Source: Octopus vulgaris
Lineage: Eukaryota
Assembly (NCBI GenBank): GCA_951406725.2
Contig: OX597842.1
Span: 9,362,001 to 9,426,000 of the forward strand
DNA length: 64,000 bases
Reading direction: 5' to 3'
A program made the position numbers and the translations under genes. Under the pieces are notes generated by a model. It was not told the origin of the DNA, ran no database searches, and was given only the letters and a program-made list of their open reading frames with translations. Each line of letters opens with the position of its first letter. Position 1 is the first letter of the stretch. Below are positions 48,699-60,287 of this stretch, in pieces.

Positions 48699-48999
48699 CG
48701 GGTAGATAGATAGAGAGAGAGATAGACGGGTAGATAGATAGATAGATAGATGGATAGATAGATAGATAAATATAGATAGATAGGTAGATAGAGAGAGAGA
48801 GAAAGAGAGAGATATTTAGATAGATACATACATATGTGTGTGTCTGTATGTATACATACTTATACAAATATTACATATATAAATTATATATATACACACA
48901 CACAGAGGCAAACCCATCCACGCACATTCAACATCATCACCATCATCATCATCATCAATAACTTCGTCGCCTTACGAAAACGTAAACTTATACACTCAC

Positions 49000-49023
49000 C
49001 TGCGATTCGGTTACAGCGACAAC
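49000..49023 (-). other. IFT140: Probable non-coding first exon of IFT140 (3' end at 49000; 5' end unknown)
   Basis: Strong donor CAG|GTGAGT in a CpG-containing unique patch; the ATG exon has an acceptor at 45346-45347 that needs an upstream exon. Confidence 0.55.
49010..49023. promoter_or_regulatory. Second, more degenerate X-box GTTACAGCGACAAC
   Basis: GTT-N8-AAC 14-mer with X-box-like half sites at the putative first exon. Confidence 0.4.
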
Positions 49024-49268
49024 TATATATCTACATGTATATATACAAACATATATACATCAATATATATATATTATATACACACCCACTTACTTCAATC
49101 AATCCATGTATATATCAATATACACACCCATATATATATATAATTATGTGAATACATACATATATCTACATGTAAGTTTATATGTATATATATATATAAA
49201 TATAATATATATTTATATATATATAATGTATGTTTAAGTGCGTCAGAAGCCGATGGATGGCGGTGTTG

Positions 49269-49282
49269 GTTTCCAAGGCAAC
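49269..49282. promoter_or_regulatory. RFX X-box GTTTCCAAGGCAAC
   Basis: Close match to GTTNCCATGGNAAC, about 270 bp upstream of the putative first-exon donor of a ciliary gene; RFX control of IFT genes is established in animals. Confidence 0.7.
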
Positions 49283-49508
49283 TAAATGCACAACATTTCA
49301 CAAACTTCCTCCGCCATGTTTGTTTATACTTTCGCAATGCATGACGGGAGAATGTTGGTCTTGAAACTTTTCTGTTGCTCCAAGTTTCTTGATAAGAGTT
49401 ACCTGCCATTGGGTCCAGATCGCAAGGCCCGCTAGAAATAGCAGCCAAATATAAAGTATCAAACATACTCCGCAAATCATCCCCTAAATTCGGGCTAAAT
49501 TTAACGAT

Positions 49509-50328
49509 GGATCTTTTCGGTTTGACCGGCAGTTTTTTTAAAAATAATTTCTTTGTAACTAAACACTTTTAAACTTTGTATACTGGTAGAATGTGTTTAT
49601 AAAACATCTTTTTCTCTTGGCTTTCTTGAGAAAATTCTACAGTTTGTAAGATATTTGTTGTTTCTTTTCTTCAATTTCTGCAATTTCCACCAATCACTGA
49701 CGTCTATTGAGGTAAAAAACATGGATCATTTTGGTTTGAATGGCAGTTTTTAACATAATTTCTATGTAACTAAACACTTTTAAACTTCGTTTACTGGTAG
49801 AATTTGTTTATAAAACATCTTTTTCTCTTGGCTTTCTTGAGAAAATTCTGTAGTTTGTAAGCTATTTGTTGTTTAATTTCTTGCATTTCGGCAATTTCAA
49901 CCAATCACTGACGTCTATTGAAGTAAAAAAAACATGGATCATTTTGGTTTGAACGGCAGTTTTTAACATAATTTCTAGGTAACTAAAAAATTTTAAACTT
50001 CGTATACTGGTAGAATTTGTTTATAAAACATCTTTTTCTCTTGGCTTTCTTGAGAAAATTCTGTAGTTTGTAAGCTATTTGTTATTTAATTTCTTGCATT
50101 TCGGCAATTTCAACCAATCAATGACGTCTATTGAGGTGAATACAATTTCTCCGGATCGTTGTCAACAGCAATTATTTGCGGTGTCATATGAATCTGTCTA
50201 CAGAATTTTCTCAATAAAGCCAAGAGAAAAAGATGTTTTATAAACATATTCTACCAGTATACGAAGTTTAAAAGTGTTTAGTTAACTAGAAATTGTGTTG
50301 AAATCTGGCTATCAAAGTGAAAAGATCC
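49509..50328. mobile_element. Foldback/MITE-like element with three ~213-bp tandem units and an inverted arm
   Basis: Units start at 49509, 49723 and 49936; 50200-50328 is the reverse complement of the unit start; termini GGATCTTTTC / GAAAAGATCC. Confidence 0.75.
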
Positions 50329-50569
50329 AATGTTTGTCTCCTTTTTATCCATTTTTCTTTCAGAAACAGCTTGATGTATTGGTGAACTGAACAATCAAAG
50401 GTGTTGGAGAGCATAAAGATTTAAGTTGTAGTTGAGAAAAAACTGACATAGAGGGCTGGAACCCATCTAAATATTCCTTTCTCCGATAAGCACAAAGCCG
50501 GAAATTTTAGGGGTTTTAGGGTTAGTCGATATATCAATGCCTGTGCTTGACTGGTACCGATTTTATCGG

Positions 50570-51100
50570 GGCAAAGGTAAAGAATACACACACCACCTGT
50601 TTCGCCGTTTAGGGTTAGGGTTAAGGTTAGGGTTACTCTTACTCTTTTACTTGTTTCAGTCATTTGACTGCGGCCATGCTGGAGCACCGCCTTTAATCGA
50701 GCAACTCGACCCCGGGACTTATTCTTTGTAAGCCCAGTACTTATTCTATTGGTCTCTTTTGCCGAACCACTAAGTAACGGGGACATAAACACACCAGCAT
50801 CGGTTGTCAAGCAATGCTAGGGGGACAAACACAGACACACAAACACACACACGCATATTTATATATATACATATAAACGACGGGCTTCTTTCAGTTTCCG
50901 TCTACCAAATCCACTCACAAGGCTTTGGTCAGCCTGGGGCTATAGTAGAAGACACTTGCCCAAGGTGCCATGCAGTGGGACTGAACCCGGAACCATGTGG
51001 TTGGTAAGTAAGCTACTTACCACACAGCCACTCTTGCGCCTTTGGGATTAAGGTTAAGGTTACGCCAAAAACGAGGGATGTGCGTATTCTTTACCTCCGC
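50570..51100. mobile_element. Mutator-like MITE with TTAGGG core, 9-bp TSD and nested SINE
   Basis: TSD TTTTATCGG at 50561-50569 and 51101-51109; TIR AGGTAAAGAATAC(A/G)CACA. Confidence 0.7.
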
Positions 51101-51263
51101 TTTTATCGGCCCAGAAAGGATGAAATGCAAAGTTGACCTCAGTGGAATTTGAACTCAGAAGGTAGGGATGGATGAAATGCTGTTAAGCGTTTTGCTTGAC
51201 GTACTAACAATTTTTCCAACTCGCCGCTTTATTAGTTTCAAATTTTGGCACGGGGCCAGCAAC

Positions 51264-51640
51264 TTCAGATGTCTATGTGAAGTTGCTACAGACTGTTCAA
51301 ATCCTGGCTGGAGAGGGTTGCCACTGGAAGGCCACATGTGTGGCAGCAGGATTTAGTTACTTGACATGCCTCCAGAAAGAATCAGAAGTGGTCATTGGAG
51401 AATTTCTATGACTTCACCAACCCCAATTTCTGGCCCCTCATTCCCCTGATCGTAATCCTATGCCTGCAACACCAAGGTTGATCTGCTGGCCAAGATCAAG
51501 GAGGTTCTTGAAGATCTTCCCAGGGACACAGTGAGGAATGCATACACCAGGTTCCAGTCCCATCTTGAGACTGTGGGGGAAGCTGAGGGCAGCTACTCTT
51601 ATCTCCCAGCCATAATCTAGTTGATATTTTTTGTTTCTTT
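51264..51640 (+). mobile_element. Decayed Tc1/mariner-superfamily transposase fragment
   Basis: Broken-frame motifs PWLERVA.GRP.VWQQD, a WP.....D.NP-like segment, and RF..HLE.V.EAEG. Confidence 0.6.
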
Positions 51641-52854
51641 AAAATACTTTTATTTGGATGAGATATTGTTGTTTTTGTTTTTTGATTTGGTCACACATAT
51701 AGAGATGTACATCCATACATACAAACATGGTACATAGTTTCATAACACACACACACAGACATGCACACACAAGGAAACAGAGGTGCATACATAAAAAACA
51801 CACACTCATAAACACACACACAGAGAAAATACACAAACACGGACATACAAGCACATGAATATGCAGGATACATACATACAGTTGCACACACACACATACA
51901 TATATACATATGCATACACACACATATATACATGCACATGTATACATACATACACACATACATACATATATACATATGCATACACACACATGTATACATA
52001 CATACACATGTATACATACATACATACACAGATACATACATGCATGCATGTATGGGCACACACACACACACACATAAACACACACACACACACACACTGA
52101 CCCACACACATGCACACAAACAAACAAAAAGGAACGCAGTGTAAATAAGGGACAGAGTCAAAACTATTGAAAAGGTTACAAGACGCAACAAAAATATTAG
52201 GAAAATAAAAATAAGAAATAAGTGGAAATTCTATCAGCGAGTGTGTTAAATTATAAGGCACAAAAAAAAAAAATGACTCTCCCCAGACACAATAGAATAT
52301 TGTTGTTTTCTTTTCCTTTTATAAAATCTGTCAAATTTAGCCCAAACATCCAGTATAAACACACACAGACATATACCATCATCATCATCATTATCTATTT
52401 CTTTACTACCCACAAGGGGCTAAACACAGAGGGGACAAACAAGGACAGACAAACGGATTAAGTCGATTACATCGACCCCAGTGCATAACTGGTACTTAAT
52501 TTATCGACCTCAAATGGATGAAAGGCAAAGTCGACCTCGGCGGAATTTGAACTCAGAACGTAACGGCAGACGAATTACGGCTACGCATTTCGCCCGGCGT
52601 GCTAACGTTTCTGCCAGCTCGCCACCTTATATCATCATCATCATTATCGTTTAATGTCTGCTTTCCATGGTGGCATGGGTTGAATGGTTTGACTGAGGAC
52701 TGGTAAGCCAGGAGGTTGCACCAGGCTCAAATCTGATCTGTGTTTCTGTTTCGTTCTATGCAAATTTTAAGTCTATACTCCCCAAAATTTCAGAAATTAC
52801 ACGATGGAGCTCAATCGTGTCTGCAGTTTAGTGTTGCACAGAACATCAAACCAA

Positions 52855-53742
52855 AGAAAGGGGGGGAGAAAGAAAGAAAGGGAGGGAGGAGTGGGGAAGA
52901 AAAGAAAGGAGAAAAGAGAGAAAGAAACAAAGAAAGAAGGAAACAACAAAACAAAGAAAGAAAGAAGAAAAGGGGAGAAATAAAGTAAGGTAGAGAGAAA
53001 AGAAAGAAGGAAAGAAGAAAGAAGGAAGGCAAGAAGGTAGGAAGGTAAGAAAAACAAAAAGAAAGAAAAAATAAAGACAGAATGAAAGAAAGAAAAGGAG
53101 AAACAAAGAAAGAAAGAAGGGAGAAGGAAAGACAAAAAGGAAGAAAAAATAAAGAAAGAAAGAAAAGGAAGAAAGAAGAAGGAAAGAAAGAACAACAAAA
53201 AGGAAGAAAAAATAAAGAAAGAAAGAAAAAGAGAAACAAAGAAAGAAGGAAGGAAAGAACAACAAAAAGGAAGAAAAAGAAAGAAAGAAAGAAAGAAGGA
53301 AGGAAAGAACAACAAAAAGGAAGAAAAATAAATAAAGAAAGAAAGATGGAAGGAAAGAACAACAAAAAGGAAGACAAATAAAGAAAGAAAGAACAAAAGA
53401 AAGGTAAGAAGGAAGGAAGGAAAAGGAGGGAGGAAGGAAACAAGAAAGAAAGAAGGAAATGGTGTTATTTGGTTCATGAGAAGGTGATCTCCAGCATGAA
53501 TGGAATGTATTTGCTGCTGAAAGGAGAGAAGATGGTGAAAAGGGTGTGTTGGGACACACCCTGAAGTCACAGGGAGGGGTACAATGTAAGTGAAATGGTA
53601 GAGGAGGTTGCATAAGGTGGGCGAGTGAGCAGATGGGTAAGTTGTGCAAGAGTGCAAAAAAGGTAAGTGGAGATGATGAGGCTGAGGAATTATATGAGTG
53701 AACACGGATGGAGACAGGTAGAAAGATGAGATGTGGTGGGAG

Positions 53743-53790
<48 letters not shown>

Positions 53791-53833
53791 GATAGATAGA
53801 TAGATAGATAGAGAGATAGATAGGTAGATGGAT

Positions 53834-53868
<35 letters not shown>

Positions 53869-54083
53869 CATATAGCTAGATAGATGGATAGATAGAGATA
53901 GATAGGTAGATGGATAGAAAGATAGATGGATAGACAGATAGATAGAAAGATAGATAGATGGATAGATAGACAGATACATAGATAAATAGACAGGCAGATA
54001 GACTGACAGATAGATAGAGACAGAGAGAGTGATAGATAGATAGATATAGTGATAGATAGATAGATGGAGAGAGAGAGAGAGAG
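52855..54083. repeat. (GAAA)n-rich and (GATA)n tracts
   Basis: Directly visible; other microsatellite fields at 2105-2790, 48485-48830, 51700-52125, 56640-57080 and 60637-61600. Confidence 0.92.
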
Positions 54084-55269
54084 AATTGTCAGGGGCAGAT
54101 AGTGCATAGTTAAGTTCATGAGAATCTACTGGGTTAGATTTAATATCGGCTTCAAATTTTGGCACAAGGCCAGCAATTTTGGGGAGAGGGCGAAGAAGGG
54201 TGGGGTAAGTCAGTTATGTTAACTCAGGTGTGAAAACAGCAGTGGGGATGATTGATTAACACAGGTGGAGGGAAGGAGGTGTCCTAAGAAGATGGATTAT
54301 AGGAAAGAAGGGCATGAATGCAAATGATGTCTATGGGGCCTTGTTTTTATTAAGGGGAGGGCTGAGAAAATATAAAGTACCAGTGAAATACAGGGGTGGT
54401 TTCAAATTCTGGCACAAGGCCAGCAATTTTGGGGAGGGGTTAAGTTGATAATTTCGACTCTGGTGTTTAATTGGTACTTATTTTATCGACCCCAAAAATA
54501 TGAAAGGCAAATTTGACCTCAGTGGTTCATACTGTAAAGTGGTTGGCATTTGGAAGGGTGTCCAGCTGTAAAAACCTTGCCAAGACTGACCTCGTCTGTG
54601 CTTGTGCCACGTAAAAAGTACTAAGTCCACTCTGCTGGGTGGTCAGTGTTAGGAAAGGCATCTAGTGAAATACTTGGGTAGATTTGATAGTCTAGATGTC
54701 AATGGAATTATAATAGAAGACTAACACTAACTTTACCTTTCATCGTTGTCAAGTTGATAAAATGAAGTAGCAGTGAAATACTGGGGTAGATTTAATATTC
54801 CTGTAAAGCATACTGGATGTGAATTGAATTTTAATAGAAGACACTTGTTTCTGTCTCTCTGTCTCTCTCGCTTTCTGATATATTCTAATCTTTCATCATC
54901 TGACACAAGATCATCACCCCCAATGCCCCCATCTCTCAAAATTCCTTGTCTTGTAAGTTACTTGGTGACCCTGACTGTGCTGGTGCCATGTAGAAAGCAT
55001 CTAGTCCACACTGTGAGTTGTTGGCATTTGGAAGGGTTTCCAGCTGTAAAAACTATGCCAAAATAGACACAGTAGCCTGGTGTAGTCTTCTACGTGGCCA
55101 TCTCCTGTCAAACCATCCAACCCAGCATAGAAGGCGGACATTAAACGATGATGATGGGGAGGATGAGGATGGCCATCACTAACTTTGCTTTTGTCCTTCT
55201 GGGGGTTGATAAAATAAAGTACTAGCATAATTCTGGGGGTAGATTTAATATTCCTCTAAAATATCCTAG

Positions 55270-56205
55270 ATAATAATAATAATAATGAAATTATTGTATA
55301 CAGTGCTCAGGTGCACCACAACTTGTCAAAAGTGCATATAAAGCATACGCAGTAATGTACAAATGTCTGGGAAGTGAACAGTGTATGAGTCAGATACATG
55401 CTTGTGTGTGTATGGAGGGGAGAAAATCAGGTGTAGTGTTGGTGAATCTCAGGAAGCATGGAAGTTTTGAAGGATGCAGTGCTCCGACAACTAACAACTG
55501 ATGCCGGCAGTTTGTTCCATGCTTCAGCAACTCTCAGCGTGAAAAAATGTTTCCTAAAGTCATGGGAGCTGTGCTGTTTTCTGACTTTGTAAATATGTCC
55601 ACGGGTGTTAGACGGGTGGAGTTTGAAAAGGTGCTCAGAGTTATTGTTTGTAAGATGGTTAATAATTTTATGGGTGTCTGCCAAGTCAGCTGCCAGACGT
55701 CGGAGTTTCAATCTATCCATGCCCAGGGAAGTAAGGCATTCAGAATATGGCAAATGCCTGATGGAGGGTATTCTCTTGGTTGCACGTCGCTGAACGATTT
55801 TCAGATGATTAATATCCTGGGCAAGATAGGTGTTCCAGACCAGTGATGCAAATTCCAGGTGAGGTTGTACCATAGCTATATAAAGCCGCAGATAAACAGC
55901 CAGAGAGCGGCTGACAAAGGACTTGGTAAGTGATGCCAAGACACCCTCAACCTTCTTGAAAAGGTGCTCAGAGTTATTGTTTGTAAGATGGTTCATAATT
56001 TTATAGGTGTCTGCCAAGTCAGCTGCCAGACGTTGGAGTTTCAATGTGTCCATGCCCAGGGAAGTAAGGCGTTCAGAATATGGCAAATGCTTGATGGAGG
56101 GTATTCTTTTGGTTGCACGTCGCTGAACGGTTTTCAGACGATTAATATCCTGGGCAAGATAGGGGTTCCAGACCGATGATGCAAATTCCAGGTGAGGCCG
56201 CACCA
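55270..56205 (-). mobile_element. CR1-like LINE 3' fragment with in-frame internal duplication and (ATT)n tail
   Basis: VRPHLEFASSVWNP...VQRRATK...LPYSERL...TRGH...FFTLRVAEAWNKLP; the duplicated block is offset by 333 nt. Confidence 0.88.
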
Positions 56206-56958
56206 ATGGAATTATAATATCTAAGCCCTTTCAAGCAAGTGAAACAGAGAATTCTGTATGGTTGTTGGCAACTAGAAATAGCAGTCAATTTCCCTCAGAT
56301 CACAGACTATTGTTTCAAAAAAGGGGGATAGACCAGATATATAATCAAACAGGATACCTGTGACTGGAATGCTTTTGATGGCTGATCTTATTCAATTGTA
56401 ATTTACTGTGAACAGAAAAATCACAGGTGAGAGAAAAAGTGAGGAAGACATAGATAGAGAGAGAGGAAGAGAGAGAGAAATAGGTGTGGTAGTTGAAACA
56501 AAGTGTAAATTATTACCTGTCTACTTGCATGCCCTGGTATCTGCTTGTCTGTCTGTGTGTCTACCGGACTGTCTGTCTCTATAACTATTTATCTACCGTT
56601 CTGACTCAACATTACATAATTGTACATTTATGTATGCATGTACATACACACACACCCACTCTCTCATACACACACTCACATACACACATATAATACATAT
56701 AGGTATACACACATATACATACATAAATACATACATACATATATGTATACACCACCACACTCACATGCATGTACACATGCATACACACACACATACATAC
56801 ATATAGGTATACACACACACACACACACTCTCACATACACACACATATAATACATATAGGTATACATACACACATACATACATACATACATACATGCATA
56901 CATGCATACATACATACATACATACATACATACATACATACATACATACATACATTCA

Positions 56959-56991
<33 letters not shown>

Positions 56992-57134
56992 GTATACACC
57001 CCCACACACACAGAAGCACACATGCACACACATATACATACATATAGGTACACACACATACACACACAAAACACACATATGGATGGGTGGATGGATGCAG
57101 GCAGGTTCTCTTCCATTTTTATTTATTTGTATTC

Positions 57135-57530
57135 TTCTGGTTTCTAACAAAGATACAAAGCTCCATCATTGGAATGTAGATAAAAAGAACAATGTCACGT
57201 TTTGACCTTGAAAAGGTCTTGCATATTTTTATTGTTCCACTTACAGATTGCATTTGTAATGAATGAGTCAGTTGCTTGATTATTTTTTCTGAAAACCCCT
57301 AGCTTATCCAGATAGTCACTTTGGCTTTTACTTACAAAACCAAATGTACCAATTATTATTATGAATTTGTATTTCGCTTTTGGATTTGGTTTGCAAACAG
57401 AATGGGAATTTGTAATCTGGATATATTTGTAATCTGGGGGCACAAGGTCTGTGGGAAGAGCATTCTTACGATACAAGGATGTTTGCAAAAGGGACATGAA
57501 GGCATCCCAGGTTCCTTCATGCACTCATAT
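57135..57530 (-). mobile_element. Possible decayed C-terminus of an RLE-type (R4/Dong-like) non-LTR element
   Basis: YKFIIIIGTFGFVSK...YLDKLG resembles the end of RLE domains; heavily degraded. Confidence 0.3.
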
Positions 57531-57538
57531 ATATACAT

Positions 57539-57569
<31 letters not shown>

Positions 57570-57572
<3 letters not shown>

Positions 57573-58500
57573 CTATACAATATGTTACATTACTCGGTAG
57601 TCAAGATAAAACTCTGAGTTTCAGATGCCGAAGTGGAAATCCACAACACCATCTCTTCGGTTATCTGGCTATTTGAAAACGTTATGAAAAAATACCGTTA
57701 AAAATGAAGGGAAATTACTCTGTTATAACTCTGCTTTGCCTGCGTACTTATACATCGCTCGCATTTTTCGTCATAAAAATTATATAAAAATACATGAAAA
57801 TATATAAAAATATATAAAAATATATAAATTCTTCTTGGGACATAACACAGAAAGCATGTTCTATCCGTTTTCTTTAGGGGACCAAAAACGTAACAGAAAT
57901 TTAGTCACATGTGGGCATGATCCGAAAAGCTCTGTCCTTGTATTTAGACATGTGGTAGGGTCTAAGCTGCTTTTCCAGATAAGCCATCTCTCCATGTCGC
58001 ATAAACCGCACCTTCCGCTGCCGTTAGTATAGGGCTTACATCTGGCCAAAATCTTCCATTGTATGTTATAATCGACACCTTTATCTCTTAAAGACCAAAT
58101 ATGATTGGATAATTGTGTCGCTTTTCTTTGTTCCAGTGCCTAAAGCTCAAAGTGTGGTTATTGAACCTGGCTTTGAAATTACCCTCTGTAAGGCCCACGT
58201 ATTTCTTCGTTGAAACGGTGTCTTTAGTGGTTATAGAGTTTACGGTAGCTTCATATATGATGGTCTTGGACATGCAAGCTCCATTTAGCGGGCACAATTC
58301 TTTATTCCTGCATGAACAGCTGTTTTCTTCTTGTGTTTTTTGTATGTTATGATTGATTATGTTTTTAAAATTGGTAGTTGAGCTAAAACTAATTTTTAAA
58401 TTGTGTCTATTGAAGAGTTTCCTATAAGCATGGTTAACTGGAAAATGTCTATCTATCAGTGCTAGGAAATATTTACCTATATTGAAGGCCATATCTGTTA
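57570..58500 (-). mobile_element. Penelope-like element 3' part (Cys-rich linker, GIY-YIG endonuclease, pLTR)
   Basis: NIGKYFL.LID.HFP...KLFNR...CSC...CPLNGAC...IIYEA...KYVGLTE..FK.R..NH..SF...C.LC..E...LN.R.E; frameshifted; hammerhead motif downstream. Confidence 0.88.
57604..57666 (-). ncRNA. Hammerhead motif in the Penelope 3' pLTR (core variant CCGAAGA)
   Basis: AGATAA-CCGAAGA-GATG...CATC-T-GAAA-CTCAGAG-TT-TTATCT, about 200 bp downstream of the GIY-YIG ORF on the same strand. Confidence 0.6.
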
Positions 58501-58889
58501 TGTAATGGTTTAATAAAGTATTGATTGGGTATTATCTGATGGTTGATGATTGATTTAGGTATGTTTCTCTATTTTCTCATTTTGTATTATATATATATAT
58601 ATATATATATTTACACACACACATATATAGGGAGAGTTCATGAAAAAAACAAAAGACAAAGACAGGTGGTGTAGACAACAAACAGATGCATTAGTATAAA
58701 GCTCGGGAATTGAAAAAGTCTTTAACGTTTTGAGCCTACGCTCTTCCACAGAAAGGAACAAGGAGAGAAAATAAAGAATGTGTAGTGGCTAGCAATCTAT
58801 CATGGCAAATGATATATATAATTGGCAAAATTCAGGCCATAACAAACAAATAGGATGATCTTGAAGCCAAGGATTTTAAACTTATGGAG

Positions 58890-58923
<34 letters not shown>

Positions 58924-60206
58924 GTATGTATTCAATGACATTGGAGCTCAATACAGTCTGACAGCTCACCAGTTCCCTGTTAAAATGTCCTACCCATGCT
59001 AGCATGGAAAGCAGACACAGAAATTAAACAATGATGATGATGATGACAATGAAAAGCCCCCACAGTTTCCATCTACCAAATTCCAGATTCACCAGAACTA
59101 TAGTAAAAAAAAACTTGCCCAAGGTGCCATGCAGTGGGACTGAACCCGAGACCATGTGGTTCAAAGCAAGCCCAACTGATACAATTTAGACCACATAACA
59201 TCATCCAATGAGTCCTACTGTCTTGAATTTTCAAGAGCGATTTGGTTGCTATTTCTAGCAATTCAAGTGACCACATAGAAGCTTCCATACTTTCTCTCTC
59301 ACTCTCATTCTTTCTCTCTAATTTTGCTCCCTTTCTCTGTTTCGTCTTTCTCTCTTTTGCCACTGTTTCTTTCCACTGTCACACCCATTCTCCCCCTCTC
59401 TTGCTTTCCCTTCACTTTCCTTGCTACTCCCTTACACTTATACTCTTTTCCACTCCCTCTTAATATCTCTGAAATATTTTACCAATAATTGCAGGCGTGG
59501 TTGTGTGGTTTGAGATGATTGCTTCTCAGCCATGTGGTCTTGAGTTCAGTCTCACTGCAAAGCACCGTAGTGGGGTCTTCTATAATGTCTGGCCAACCCA
59601 TTGTCCAATGTGTCCTGTTTTGGAAGTTTGAGAGGGATTTGGTTGCTATTTCTAGCAGTTCAAAATACCACATAGAAGCTCTTATATTTCCCTCTCCCTC
59701 CCTCTTTGTCTCACTCTCTGTATCTCTCTATTTCCCCCTTCACATTCCTTACCACTCTCTCACACTTTACTCTTTCTCTGTCTCTTAACATATTTCAAAT
59801 ATTTTGCCAGTATGTGCCGGCATGTCCGCGTGGTAAGAAGCTTGCTTACCAACCACACGGACCCGGGTTCAGTCCCATTGCTTGGCACCCATAGCAAGTG
59901 TCTTTACTATAATCTCAGTCCGACCAAAGCCTTGTGAGTGGATTTGGTAGAGAGAAACTGAAAGACGTCCGTCGTATTTATGTGTCTTTGTGTCTGTGTT
60001 TGTCCACATTCCTCACCCTCACCATCGCCTGACAACCGATGGTGGTGTGTTTACATCCCCGTAAGCTAGCGGTTCGACAAAATAGACCGATAGAATAAGT
60101 ACCAGACTAACAAAGAATAAGTCCTGGGGTCGATTTCTTCGACTAAAACCCTCTAAGGCGGTGCTTCAGAACGACCGCAGTCAAATGACTGAAGCAAAAG
60201 AAGATA

Positions 60207-60287
<81 letters not shown>

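Noticed and set aside
50609-50635. Telomere or chromosome-fusion relic
   Set aside because: Only ~4 imperfect units, and they lie inside a TIR element with a TSD.
52797-54165. 440-aa F/L/S-rich ORFs resembling membrane proteins
   Set aside because: Reverse translation of (GAAA)n and (GATA)n microsatellites.
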